DNA of 64,000 nucleotides from Dehalococcoidia bacterium (GTDB taxonomy: Bacteria; Chloroflexota; Dehalococcoidia; Lucifugimonadales; DAOUAM01): the NCBI GenBank assembly GCA_034433305.1, contig DAOUAM010000052.1:2210-66209 (forward strand), in the 5' to 3' direction. Of the stretch, positions 30,684-40,375 are shown in pieces. The first letter of the stretch is position 1. Every line of letters begins with the position of its first letter. A model generated the notes under the pieces. The model saw only the letters and a list, made by a program, of their open reading frames with translations, searched no databases and was not told the origin of the DNA. Made by a program: the position numbers and the translations under genes.

Positions 30684-32255
30684 CTAGCCCATGGACTCTA
30701 GCTGCGGCAGGCGCTTGGACGCGCGCAAGCGCTGAATGGCCTGCCGCTCAAGCTGGCGAATGCGCTCCCTGGTAACGCCCAGCTCCTGGCCGACCTCCTC
30801 CAGGGTACGCGGCCGGTCGTCGTAGAAGCCGAAGCGCAGGGCCAGCACCAGGCGCAGACGCGGCGGCAGGTCGTCCATGGCCTGGAGCACGTTCTCCCGC
30901 GTCAACTGGCGGATGGCGATCTCGTCCGGCGCCCAGGCGGAGGTGTCCTCGATGAAGTCCTCCAGGGTGGACTCCTCCTCGCCTACCGGCGTCTCCAGGG
31001 AGACGGTGTGCTGGCGCTGGCGCTGGAGGCCCTCCACGGCCTCCACCGTCCAGCCCAGCTCCTCGGCCATCTCCTGGGCGGTAGGCTCGCGGTCCAGGCG
31101 CTTGAGCAGGTTGCGCTCGACGCCGCTGAGCTGCTGGAGCCGCTCGACCACGTGGACCGGCAGCCGAATGGTGCGGCCCTGGTCGGCCAGTGCCCGGGTC
31201 ACCGCCTGACGGATCCACCAGGTGGAGTAGGTGCTGAACTTGTAACCCCGATGCGGGTCGAACTTCTCCACGGCGCGCATCAGGCCCAGGTTGCCCTCCT
31301 GGATGAGGTCCAGCAGCGGCAGGCCGCGGCCCAGGTACTTCCTGGCGACGCTGACCACCAGCCGGAGGTTGGAGTTGGTGAGGCGCTCCGAGGCCTCGTG
31401 CCCTTCGCGCTCGATGCGCTGCCACCAGCGCTCCAGTTCCTGCTCATGAGGCTGCAGCAGGCCGGCGATGGCCTCCAGCGGCGCCGTGTCATCGAGGCCA
31501 GCATTGGCTACCTGACGCACCACGCTCTCCAGCACGGGCTGGGGAATCAGGCGAGAAAGCTTGGAGACCTCGGCGATGTCCGACAGCACGACGCTGTCCG
31601 GCCTGCCCGTGCTTTCGGCCAATGCCTGCTTGACTTCGGCCTTGAGGGGCCTGTCCAGGGTCTCGCGCACCACTGGCGCCGCCAGCAGCCGCGCTATATC
31701 CTGGCCTTCGGCCTCGCCCCAGACGACGCGGGCTACGTTGTGCACTATGTCCTTGCAGGAGGCCAGGCGCAGGTATATGAATGCCCCAAGCTCGCTGGTG
31801 GTGGCGGCGCGGCCGTGCCTGGCCAGGAACTCGTCACGAAGCTCCTTCAGGCGGATCCAGGCCTCCACGGCCAGTCCCAGCTCTATCTCTTGCTTGGCCG
31901 TAAGGAGCGGGTGCTGTCCTATGGAGCGCAGGTACTCACGGACGGCATCGCGGGTATCCTCGGCGTACTCCCGCGCCGCTTCCAGCTCCGTGGGAAGCTC
32001 CTCCTCGACCTCTTCCTCCAGCTCTCCGGTCAGGGCAGCCTCCGTGGTCTCCGCCAAAGTCTCCTCCTCTTCCTCCTCCTCCATGTCCTCAGCTTGGCCA
32101 AGCCCACGGGCCACTTCCTCGTCCTGATCAGTCTGGGGAGCTTCCTCCTCATCCAACTCGCCAGGCACTCCCGGCTCCTCATTCCTCGGGCTTATTCTTT
32201 TGTTCCCTATCCCTTCCCGCAGCAGTCCCTCATCATCCCGCATCGTCATAGCCAT
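30684..32255 (-). CDS. rpoD: primary RNA polymerase sigma factor (sigma-70)
   Basis: Acidic N-terminus, region 2 ([39 protein letters not shown]), and region 4 ([20 protein letters not shown]). Confidence 0.92.
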   Translation of the reverse strand: MAMTMRDDEGLLREGIGNKRISPRNEEPGVPGELDEEEAPQTDQDEEVARGLGQAEDMEEEEEEETLAETTEAALTGELEEEVEEELPTELEAAREYAEDTRDAVREYLRSIGQHPLLTAKQEIELGLAVEAWIRLKELRDEFLARHGRAATTSELGAFIYLRLASCKDIVHNVARVVWGEAEGQDIARLLAAPVVRETLDRPLKAEVKQALAESTGRPDSVVLSDIAEVSKLSRLIPQPVLESVVRQVANAGLDDTAPLEAIAGLLQPHEQELERWWQRIEREGHEASERLTNSNLRLVVSVARKYLGRGLPLLDLIQEGNLGLMRAVEKFDPHRGYKFSTYSTWWIRQAVTRALADQGRTIRLPVHVVERLQQLSGVERNLLKRLDREPTAQEMAEELGWTVEAVEGLQRQRQHTVSLETPVGEEESTLEDFIEDTSAWAPDEIAIRQLTRENVLQAMDDLPPRLRLVLALRFGFYDDRPRTLEEVGQELGVTRERIRQLERQAIQRLRASKRLPQLESMG

Positions 32256-32820
32256 TCCTCAGTTATCAGCAGTACAGAGTGGTACGCACCTGTCCCATCG
32301 GCACCACCTGGCAGCCCGACAGGGACGGCTAGCCCCTCAACGGAACAGGGGTCTTGATCCAGCCCTCTGACGGCACTGGCCAGGGGCTTCAACGCGAGGC
32401 CGTGCGTGGTGCGCTGCCGCGCCCCTCGCACCCGAGGAAGGCCCGACAGGTGCGACAGAGCAAGTGATGGACAGGATGGTATGGTGAAAAATCTACATTT
32501 CCAACATAGCAGACCCTTACAGCGGATTCAACCAGGTATGACCGGTGCCCGCTACTGTCCGCCCTGGCCTCATGTGCCACCTTTGTAGATTAGATGAAAA
32601 TTCTAGCCATCCGGTATGTGCTGGGCCATCTGTCTGAGGACTAAATGCTTGTCCCGAGGACGCCAAGGACTCCTATCGCCAGATTTAGGCACTTTGTTTA
32701 AACTGCTATGCAAGGATTGGCGCTTTGCCAGGTGCCATTTCAGGGTGACGGGAGTCCTGCCGGGTGCCACTATTTACAACGTCCCGGGGGTGTGCCAGGG
32801 CAGCGGCATCCGGGAGGCCA

Positions 32821-33708
32821 TCACCTGGCTGTGGCGTAGCCCATGAGTTTGTATGCCAGCTTGGCGGCGGTGTAGGCGCAAGCCTCCGGCCCCTCCTGGG
32901 GACTGAGTTCCACGACGTCGAAGCCGACGATCTCTCGCTGCTGGCCGATGGCCCGCAGCAGGCCGGTGACCTCCCGCCATGCCATGCCGCCCGGCTCTGG
33001 CGTGCCGACGGCGGCCATCAGCGCAGGGTCCAGCACGTCCAGGTCCACACTCACATACACGCGCCGCGACAGTTGCTCCAGGACCTGGGCCGCCAGGACG
33101 GGGATGGCCGGCGTGTCGCCAGTCCAGAAGAATACGGGTAGCTTCGTGTCCCTGATGAACTGCGCCTCCTCGGCGCTGAGGCTCCGCACGCCCACCAGCA
33201 CCAGGGGGCAAAGCTCGTGGACTCGCCTGGCCGCCGAGGCGTGGCCCCAGCGGGTGCCCATGTACTCGTCCCGCAGGTCGGCGTGGGCGTCCAGGTAAAG
33301 CACCGAGACATCCGGGTACGCCTCGCGCATAGCCAGCACGGCGCCCACGGTGATGCTATGCTCGCCTCCCAGCAGGCACGCCAGCTTGCCCGCCCTGGCC
33401 AGCGGCAGGACGGCGCGACGCACCCGCTGCGCCATGGCCTCGGGGCTGCCCAGGTCAGGGGCAAGCTCTGGGGCCGTGTATATCCCCAGGCTGAAGATGT
33501 CGCGGTCCAGCTCCGGGTCGTAGTCCTCCAGCTCCCGCGAGGCTGCGATGATAGCCCTGGGGCCGTGACGCGCCCCAGTCCTGTACGAGGTTGTGCTATC
33601 GTAGGGTACAGGGAGGACGACGACGCGTGCCCTGGAGAGGTCGGACTCGTGGGGGGACGCGTCCAGGAAGGTCTCCCACCGGCGCGGTAGCTCCTCCGGG
33701 TGCTCCAT
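32821..33708 (-). CDS. speB: agmatinase (ureohydrolase family)
   Basis: Mn-binding motifs GGEHSIT, LDAHADL and SVDLDVLDP. Substrate specificity within the ureohydrolase family is inferred. Confidence 0.78.
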   Translation of the reverse strand: MEHPEELPRRWETFLDASPHESDLSRARVVVLPVPYDSTTSYRTGARHGPRAIIAASRELEDYDPELDRDIFSLGIYTAPELAPDLGSPEAMAQRVRRAVLPLARAGKLACLLGGEHSITVGAVLAMREAYPDVSVLYLDAHADLRDEYMGTRWGHASAARRVHELCPLVLVGVRSLSAEEAQFIRDTKLPVFFWTGDTPAIPVLAAQVLEQLSRRVYVSVDLDVLDPALMAAVGTPEPGGMAWREVTGLLRAIGQQREIVGFDVVELSPQEGPEACAYTAAKLAYKLMGYATAR

Positions 33709-33714
33709 GTCGTC

Positions 33715-34143
33715 TCACGGAGTGGCCGGGCCGCGGGCGGCCAGCAGGTTGACGCGCTCCCGCACCATGCCCTGGTATGCCTCCTGGGGAGTCACGTACT
33801 CCAGCCCGCGCTCCAGCGCCCAGACCTTGACCTCGGGCAGGGCGAAGGTCTGCTTGACGGCCTCCAGGGAGGAGGTGGGGTCGAACTCCTTGCAGGAGAA
33901 GATGTCTATGTTGACGTACCGCCGGTCGGGGAAGGTGTGTATGCTGATGTGGCTCTCGGCGATGATGACAAAGCCGGACACGCCCCAGTCCTCGGGCTTC
34001 TGGCCGTAGTAGGTATAGACCTGGGGCGGAATGATCTTGGTCATACCGATGGCGGCAGGGTACTCGTCCAGGAAACGGTACACCAGGTCCGGATCCTGCA
34101 ACCTCCGGGGGTCTGCTCCATACCCGTCAACTATGAGGTGCAA
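33715..34143 (-). CDS. speH: pyruvoyl-dependent decarboxylase proenzyme of the SpeH/AdoMetDC family
   Basis: GVSGFVIIAESHISIHTFP carries the Glu-Ser self-cleavage site, and the size (~142 aa) fits. It ends 7 nt upstream of speB. Confidence 0.8.
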   Translation of the reverse strand: MHLIVDGYGADPRRLQDPDLVYRFLDEYPAAIGMTKIIPPQVYTYYGQKPEDWGVSGFVIIAESHISIHTFPDRRYVNIDIFSCKEFDPTSSLEAVKQTFALPEVKVWALERGLEYVTPQEAYQGMVRERVNLLAARGPATP

Positions 34144-34493
34144 CGCTCACTCCTCCCAGGCTGTTCCGCTATGCGGTCAGATATATAGCGTAGCATTGTT
34201 ACCGATTTCACACAACACTTGATAGGGGTGAAAACAATAGTATAGAATCCTTAAGTGCTCTGTACCAGGCGCAGGAAAAGGGAGCCGCTGTGCGCATAGT
34301 CGGAGGGAAAGGCCCTTTGCCCCGCTGAAAACGCCGCACCGGCCCTGCCAGGCGAGGGGAAGGAGCCATTCCTGGGCAGGTCAGCACGGCAAGCGGGTAG
34401 GGCAAAACCTTTGCAGCGAGTCTGTCGTAATAACTGTGATAACGGAAAAAGCGGGGCGTCTGTGGCCCAGCCGCACGGTGGGCGAATTATAGC

Positions 34494-35441
34494 ATGATAG
34501 AGCTGGAGAACGTAAGCAAGTACTACGGCAACTTCCCCGCCATAACGGACATATCCTTCCGTGTGGAGAAGGGGGAGATACTGGGCTTCCTTGGCCCCAA
34601 TGGCGCCGGGAAGACCACCACCATGAAGATCATCACGGGCTTCATGCCGCCCAGCAGCGGCAGGTGCACGGTGGCGGGCTACGACATCGTGGCCCAGTCC
34701 CTGGAGGCCCGCAAGCGCATCGGCTACCTGCCGGAGACGGTGCCCCTGTACACCGACATGACCGTGGAAGACTACCTCTGGTTCATGGGCCGCATCCGCG
34801 GCATGGGCCGGGAGTACATACGCAAGCGCATCAACGACGTCATTGACATCTGCCGCCTGGGGGACTACCAGTCCAGCCACATAAGCAAGCTGTCCAAGGG
34901 CTTCCGGCAGCGCGTGGGCATCGCCCAGGCCATACTGCACGAGCCGGACGTGCTGATACTGGACGAGCCGACCATCGGCATTGACCCCATCCAGGTGGTG
35001 GAGACCCGCCAGCTTATAAAAAGCCTGGGCGGCGAGCATACCCTCATAGTCAGCACCCACATCCTGCCCGAAGTGAGCATGATCTGCCAGCGGGTCATCA
35101 TCATCCACGAGGGGCAGATTGTGGCGGTGGACAAGCCAGAGAACCTGGCGTCGCGGCTGCGGGGCGTGGAGCGCATCGAGATGGACGTGGAAGGCCCGCA
35201 GCGGGAGGTCGTCAAGGCGCTGGAGGGCGTGGAGGGGGTGCAGCAGGTGACGCGGCAGCCAATTATGGGCAAGCCCTATAACACCTTCGTGGTGGAGGCC
35301 AGCCACGGCGTGGACATCCGGCCTCAGCTCGCGGCTGAGATAGTCCACGGCGGCTGGAAGCTCCTGCGACTGGAGTCCGTGGGCATGACTCTGGAGGAAA
35401 TCTTCCTGCGCCTGACTACCAGCGAGGAGGTGCAGGCTTGA
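34494..35441 (+). CDS. ABC transporter ATP-binding protein (GldA-like, ABC-2 type)
   Basis: Walker A GPNGAGKTT, signature LSKGFRQR and Walker B LILDEP. Confidence 0.88.
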   Translation: MIELENVSKYYGNFPAITDISFRVEKGEILGFLGPNGAGKTTTMKIITGFMPPSSGRCTVAGYDIVAQSLEARKRIGYLPETVPLYTDMTVEDYLWFMGRIRGMGREYIRKRINDVIDICRLGDYQSSHISKLSKGFRQRVGIAQAILHEPDVLILDEPTIGIDPIQVVETRQLIKSLGGEHTLIVSTHILPEVSMICQRVIIIHEGQIVAVDKPENLASRLRGVERIEMDVEGPQREVVKALEGVEGVQQVTRQPIMGKPYNTFVVEASHGVDIRPQLAAEIVHGGWKLLRLESVGMTLEEIFLRLTTSEEVQA

Positions 35442-36151
35442 GGAACACCCTGATCATCGCCTGGAAAGAGATCAAGACCTACTTCTCCACCCCCATGGCG
35501 TATATCATCGGCGGCATGTTCCTGGTGTACGCCGGCATAGTGTTTGTCAACGACATAAGCGGCGCCTTCGCCGAGGCCAGCGTCCGGGGGTTCATCGTCC
35601 CGGCTAGCTTCTTCTTCGTGCTGCTGTCGCCGCTGCTGACCATGCGGCTGCTGGCCGAGGAGCAGAAGATGGGCACCCTGGAGCTGCTGCTGACGGCGCC
35701 GGTGCGGGACTGGGAAGTGGCCATGGGCAAGTACCTGGCGAGCCTCGTCATCCTGGCGGCCACCATCGCCCTGACGCTGTACTACGTGCTGCTGCTGTAC
35801 TGGTTCGGCGAGCCTGACGGCGGGCCGGTGTTCAGCGCCTACCTGGGGCTGTTCCTGCACGGTGCGGCGTCGCTGTCCGTGGGGCTGCTGGCGTCGTCCC
35901 TTACCAGCAACCAGATCGTGGCGGCGGTGGTGGGCGTGGGCATCCTGCTGCCCCTGTCCTTCACCGACTTCGTGGCCGAGCGCGTCACTGGCTTCGCCTC
36001 GGACATACTGCAAGCTATGTCCATGGGAGCGCACTTCACCGATTTCACCCGAGGCATCATAGACACCAGCCACGTGGTGTACTACGTTACCGTAGCGGCG
36101 GTGTTCCTGTTCCTGACAGTCAGGTCCCTTGAAACTCGCAGGTGGCGATAA
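35438..36151 (+). CDS. ABC-2 type permease (GldF-like)
   Basis: Six predicted TM segments. The N-terminus is IAWKEIKTYFSTPMAYI. The TTG start overlaps the ATPase stop. Confidence 0.78.
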   Translation: MRNTLIIAWKEIKTYFSTPMAYIIGGMFLVYAGIVFVNDISGAFAEASVRGFIVPASFFFVLLSPLLTMRLLAEEQKMGTLELLLTAPVRDWEVAMGKYLASLVILAATIALTLYYVLLLYWFGEPDGGPVFSAYLGLFLHGAASLSVGLLASSLTSNQIVAAVVGVGILLPLSFTDFVAERVTGFASDILQAMSMGAHFTDFTRGIIDTSHVVYYVTVAAVFLFLTVRSLETRRWR

Positions 36152-37803
36152 CCTTGGCACAGACCACAAGAGCCGGCGAAAGTCTGCTGAAAGATACCCT
36201 GTTACCCACGCTCCGCTCTCTAGGCTTCTGGAGCTTCGTGCTGGCCATAGTCGGCGCCATCGCGCTGATAGCCGGCATTGTCATATACCTGACCATAGAG
36301 GAGATACGGGGCTTTGCCATAAGCGTCCTCTCCATAGGAGCGCTGATGCTGTTCCTGGCCCTGGTCCTGTCGCCCAGGGCGGTGGCCCTGTTCCTGGTGG
36401 GACGCCAGGGCAGGTATGGCAGCAATGTGCTGGTGATGAGCGCCGCCTTTTTCGCCATCGCCATCCTGGTCAACTTCCTCACGTTCCGCAACCCTGCCCG
36501 CATGGATGTCACGGCCACCCGCGTCTTCACCCTGGCGCCCCAGACGGTGCAGGTGCTGGAGAACCTCCAGAGCACCATCCGGGCCAATGCCTTCTTCGTC
36601 CCCAACGACTCCAGGCAGCGCTTCGCCCGCCAGCAGGCCGAGGACCTGCTCAACGAGTTCTCCCGTCGCTCCCAGAAGTTCGAGTTCCGCTTCATTGACC
36701 CGGAGCTTAACCCTTCCCTGGCCCGGCGGTACAACGTCACCCAGTACCCGGCGGTGGTGTTCGAGGACGTGGAGCGCGGCACTCAGCAGCAGGCCACGGG
36801 CTTCACCGAGCAGCGGTTCCTCACCGCCATCCTGTCGGTGACAGGCATCCAGCAGAAGCGCGTCTATTACCTCATCGGCCATAAGGAGCGGGACATCACC
36901 CGCGACCTGGCCACGGGCAATATCCAGGACGACGGCTTCGACCTGGCTGTGGAGGGCATGGAGCGGGACAACTACACGGTGCTGCCGCTGAACCTCCAGC
37001 AGGTGGACAGGGTGCCCGACGACACGGCGGTGCTGGTCATAGCCGGCCCCAGGCAGGAGATGAGCTCCACGGACAGGGACAAGCTGGTCGAGTACATCAA
37101 GCGCGGCGGCAGGATAGTGGCCCTGCTGGACCCGGAGACGCCGCCGTCCTTCGTGGACCTGGTCTCGCGCTGGGGCTTCAAACTGGGCGGCTACAGTATC
37201 GCCGACGCGGCAAGCTCCGTGGGCGGCGAGATGCTGACACCGCTGCTGCAGAGGGCCAACGGCCAGTACACCAGCAGCGAAGTCTCTGGCGTGCAGATAG
37301 CCGACCAGGTCAGCGTCACATTCTACCCTGGAGTTACCTCCATCGAGCCGGTCATTCCCCTGGAGGACATGCCCTTCTCCATCCAGTTCAAGCCGTTGGG
37401 CATGACCACCCCGGCAAGCTGGCTGGAGACGGACGTGGAGCACGTGAACTTTGAGCCTGACAAGGAGGTGGCTGGCCCCTTCGTGGTGGCCGCTGTCATC
37501 GAGGCCAGCGGCACGGTGGACGAGAAGGAGACGCATCGTCCCGCCAAGTTTATCATCTTCGGCGACTCCGACTTCATCAAGAACAACCGCATCAACAGCT
37601 TCGACAACCAGGACATGTTCCTGAACTCGGTCAACTGGCTGGCCGAGGACTTCAACCAGATATCCATCAGGCCGAAGCTCTACGCCTTCCGGGAGCTGGT
37701 GGTCACATCCCGAGAGCGGGAGTTCATCAAGTGGACAAGCTGGCTCCTGCCGCCCAGCGTGATGGTCCTCCTGGGGGCCATCGTCTGGTGGCGAAGACGC
37801 TAG
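36142..37803 (+). CDS. GldG-family ABC-transport auxiliary protein
   Basis: N- and C-terminal TM anchors. The periplasmic-type domain carries LNEFSRRSQKFEFRFIDPELNP...YNVTQYPAVVFE and IIFGDSDFIKN, typical of GldG/PF09822. Confidence 0.75.
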   Translation: MAITLAQTTRAGESLLKDTLLPTLRSLGFWSFVLAIVGAIALIAGIVIYLTIEEIRGFAISVLSIGALMLFLALVLSPRAVALFLVGRQGRYGSNVLVMSAAFFAIAILVNFLTFRNPARMDVTATRVFTLAPQTVQVLENLQSTIRANAFFVPNDSRQRFARQQAEDLLNEFSRRSQKFEFRFIDPELNPSLARRYNVTQYPAVVFEDVERGTQQQATGFTEQRFLTAILSVTGIQQKRVYYLIGHKERDITRDLATGNIQDDGFDLAVEGMERDNYTVLPLNLQQVDRVPDDTAVLVIAGPRQEMSSTDRDKLVEYIKRGGRIVALLDPETPPSFVDLVSRWGFKLGGYSIADAASSVGGEMLTPLLQRANGQYTSSEVSGVQIADQVSVTFYPGVTSIEPVIPLEDMPFSIQFKPLGMTTPASWLETDVEHVNFEPDKEVAGPFVVAAVIEASGTVDEKETHRPAKFIIFGDSDFIKNNRINSFDNQDMFLNSVNWLAEDFNQISIRPKLYAFRELVVTSREREFIKWTSWLLPPSVMVLLGAIVWWRRR

Positions 37804-37818
37804 GGCAGGGGTGGTAGC

Positions 37819-38880
37819 ATGAGCCTCCGGACGACGGTCTTCCTGATTATCGCGGCCGCCATCGTCGGCGTTATCGTGTACATAAACCCCTTCAAGAAGG
37901 ACGAGGAGGACGAGCCTGACCCGCCCTGGTTCTACCAGGTCTCCATGGATGACATCACCACCATCCAGGTCAAGCACCAGGACAAGCAGGTGAAGTTCAT
38001 CAAGGGGCCAGAGGACGCCTGGCTGTTCGAGGACCCCGAAGGCATACCGCCCAGCCACGAGCGCTGGGGCGGCATTCCGCTCCTGCTGAGCGGGCCGCAG
38101 ACGCGCCGCAACCTGACGGAGCAGCCCCAGCTTATCGAGAATATCAACCTGGCGGACTACGGCCTGGACGATCCCCAGACCATTGTTGACCTGGACATGG
38201 TGGGCAACCGGCACCTTCAGTTCCGCCTGGGGGACAAGACCACCGACGGCGGCCACCACTACGCCCAGGTGGTGGGCTTCCCCCAGCTGTTCACCATCGC
38301 CGCAAGCTGGGGCGACGTGGTCGCCAGGCTGGCAGCCGAGCCTCCGCTGCCCAAGTGGTACGTCAAGCGCACGCCCGAGGAGATTGTGGAGCTGAACATC
38401 TACCTGGGCGACTATACCTCTGAGAACACGGAACTGCTCCAGTTCAAGAAGGACAGCGATAACGGCACCTGGTCAGTCCAGCACTATGACGAGGACCAGC
38501 AGGCGTACCCTGTTGACCCCAACCGCCTGGAGGAGCTTGTCTCCCTGCTCAGCGGGCCTCCCACCATCGCCGTGGCAGACCCCAAGGCCGAGGACAAGGA
38601 CTTTGCCCAGTACGGCATAGGCAAGGAGTCCAGCGCCATCGAGCTACGGTTCGCCGGGGAGACCGAGCGCGGCACCCGGTTCATAGATGGCATCCTGTTC
38701 ACCCTGGGCACCAAGGCCCCCGAGAAGAACGGCTACTATGCCCGCTCCGAGAGCGACGAGTTCTTCAAGCCGGTGCTGCTGCTGGACGCCGCCTGGACGG
38801 AGAAGGTGCTGGGCCTGAAGGACAACATCCCCTACGCGCCGGAGTCCCGCGCCTCCGCCGGCAGCCAGCCCCAGCCCTAG
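37819..38880 (+). CDS. DUF4340 domain protein
   Basis: A single N-terminal TM helix followed by a repeat architecture. It occupies the conserved position directly downstream of gldG-like genes. Confidence 0.65.
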   Translation: MSLRTTVFLIIAAAIVGVIVYINPFKKDEEDEPDPPWFYQVSMDDITTIQVKHQDKQVKFIKGPEDAWLFEDPEGIPPSHERWGGIPLLLSGPQTRRNLTEQPQLIENINLADYGLDDPQTIVDLDMVGNRHLQFRLGDKTTDGGHHYAQVVGFPQLFTIAASWGDVVARLAAEPPLPKWYVKRTPEEIVELNIYLGDYTSENTELLQFKKDSDNGTWSVQHYDEDQQAYPVDPNRLEELVSLLSGPPTIAVADPKAEDKDFAQYGIGKESSAIELRFAGETERGTRFIDGILFTLGTKAPEKNGYYARSESDEFFKPVLLLDAAWTEKVLGLKDNIPYAPESRASAGSQPQP

Positions 38881-38948
38881 TGCTAAACTCCATGGGCACA
38901 GGCAGGCCGGCCCAAGAGGGCGCACGTCGCCTTCCCCGCCCGAGGATG

Positions 38949-40373
38949 CTATACCCGCTGAATGTTCTCATGCCCCCTCAGGCTGGCGCCCTGGCGCAGT
39001 AGCTCGTCCTGGGCAGGCACGTCCCTGGGCGGCAGGCCAGAACGGGCAGCCAGGGCAGCGCAGACGCCCGCCGCCTGGCCTGTCGCCATGGCCACAGGCA
39101 TCACCCGGTAGGAGGACATGGCCTCGTGGGTGCCGGAGAGGCAGCGCCCGGCTACCAGCAGGCCCTCGACACCCTGGGGCAGCAGGCACCGCAGCGGTAT
39201 GTCGTAGGACTCCCCCGGAGGAAGGCGCTGGAGCAGCGTACCCTTGCCTGAGGGATTGTGGATATCTATGGGGTACGAGCAGCGGGCGACCACGTCGGGG
39301 AACTTGCGGGCAGACAGCACATCCTCTGCGGTCAAGTGGTACTCCCCTGTGATCCTGTGGGTCTCCCGTACGCCGATGCCCACACCGCTCTGCGCCACGT
39401 AGGACCTCTCGAAGCCAGGGACGTAGCGCCGCAGGAAGGCGGCTATCTCCCGCATCTGCCGCCGAGCGCACCATTCAGCGTAGGTCAGGTCCCACACGTC
39501 AATGCCCAGGACTCCCGTCACCCGTGTGGTGTTGACGCTGACTTCGCGCTGGTGAGGCGTGCCGAAAAACAGGATGTCCTCGCGGGGAAGGTGCAACTCT
39601 CCGGCCTCGGCAGCCCGCTGGATGAGGTCCCACAGGCCATGCACGCCGCGCCACTGGCCCGGATGGGCGCTGGCGTAAGCCTGGAAGGCGGCCCGCTCGA
39701 ACTCCACCATGCGGAACATCAGAGTCATGGGCTGGACCGAGCCATCCTCCAGGCGGCCTATCTCGAAGGGCGCGCCGGCCATGGCCGCAATGTCGCCGTC
39801 GCCCGTGCAGTCCACCACGGCCTTTGCCCGCACCACCACCGGCCCGGACTTGGTCTCAAAGACCACGCCCTGCAGGGCACCGCTCCCAAGCACACCCGAG
39901 GCGAAGGCGTGGAACAGGAGCTGCACGCCGGCCTCGTCCAGCACCTCCATGGCCACCGACTTGAACACCTCAGGGTCGAAAGGCACCACGAAGCCCGTGG
40001 CCTCAGAGGGAGGGACGGCGCCGCCGGCCGCCACCAGCCTGTCCAGGAACTTCTTCACGACACCCGCCACCACGGGGTCGCCGGGGCCGTGGTCTGGCGG
40101 CAGCAGGTGGCGCGCTGCCTCCGGGGACGTACCACCTCGCTGCGTGTGAAAGGACATGAGGGGCATGACCAGGGCCACCGTGGCGTTGCCGCCCAGGAAG
40201 CCGTAACGCTCCACCAGCACCACCTGAGCGCCCACCGCCGCTGCACCCAGCGCCGCGCCCATGCCCGCCGGGCCTCCGCCCACCACCAGCACGTCGGTGC
40301 TGGCAGCCAGCCTGGCGCTCCTGGCGGGTAGCGTCACCTCAGCGGCATGGCCTGGACGGGGCAGGGGAGGCAT
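38949..40373 (-). CDS. FAD-dependent oxidoreductase (FAD_oxidored / GIDA-like family)
   Basis: Dinucleotide-binding motif DVLVVGGGPAGMGAALGAA...VVLVERYGFLGGN. Confidence 0.75.
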   Translation of the reverse strand: MPPLPRPGHAAEVTLPARSARLAASTDVLVVGGGPAGMGAALGAAAVGAQVVLVERYGFLGGNATVALVMPLMSFHTQRGGTSPEAARHLLPPDHGPGDPVVAGVVKKFLDRLVAAGGAVPPSEATGFVVPFDPEVFKSVAMEVLDEAGVQLLFHAFASGVLGSGALQGVVFETKSGPVVVRAKAVVDCTGDGDIAAMAGAPFEIGRLEDGSVQPMTLMFRMVEFERAAFQAYASAHPGQWRGVHGLWDLIQRAAEAGELHLPREDILFFGTPHQREVSVNTTRVTGVLGIDVWDLTYAEWCARRQMREIAAFLRRYVPGFERSYVAQSGVGIGVRETHRITGEYHLTAEDVLSARKFPDVVARCSYPIDIHNPSGKGTLLQRLPPGESYDIPLRCLLPQGVEGLLVAGRCLSGTHEAMSSYRVMPVAMATGQAAGVCAALAARSGLPPRDVPAQDELLRQGASLRGHENIQRV

Positions 40374-40375
40374 GG

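Noticed and set aside
32434-32464. RNase P RNA-like string GAGGAAGGCCCGACAGGTGCGACAGAGCAAG in the 565-nt rpoD-speB spacer.
   Set aside because: It only loosely resembles GAGGAAAGUCCGGGC...ACAGAGAGCAA. The other universally conserved RNase P blocks (for example ACAGAACCCGGCUUA-type) are absent nearby. It is most likely just the rpoD leader/promoter region.
34395-34420. c-di-GMP-I (GEMM) riboswitch-like GGGTAGGGCAAAACC upstream of the ABC operon.
   Set aside because: Only one short half-motif matches. The second conserved ACGCAAAGCC-type segment and the tetraloop/receptor architecture are not present.
36220-38259. Very long antisense ORFs. Examples: 36220..38259 (-) 679 aa, 51275..53887 (-) 870 aa, 26386..28482 (-) 698 aa, 41958..44024 (+) 688 aa, 15840..17081 (+), 5515..6981 (+).
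   Set aside because: They lie opposite genes with clear family signatures. Their translations are Arg/Gly/Ala/Pro/His-rich low-complexity sequences without motifs. Such shadow ORFs are expected in high-GC DNA, where stop codons are rare on the antisense strand.
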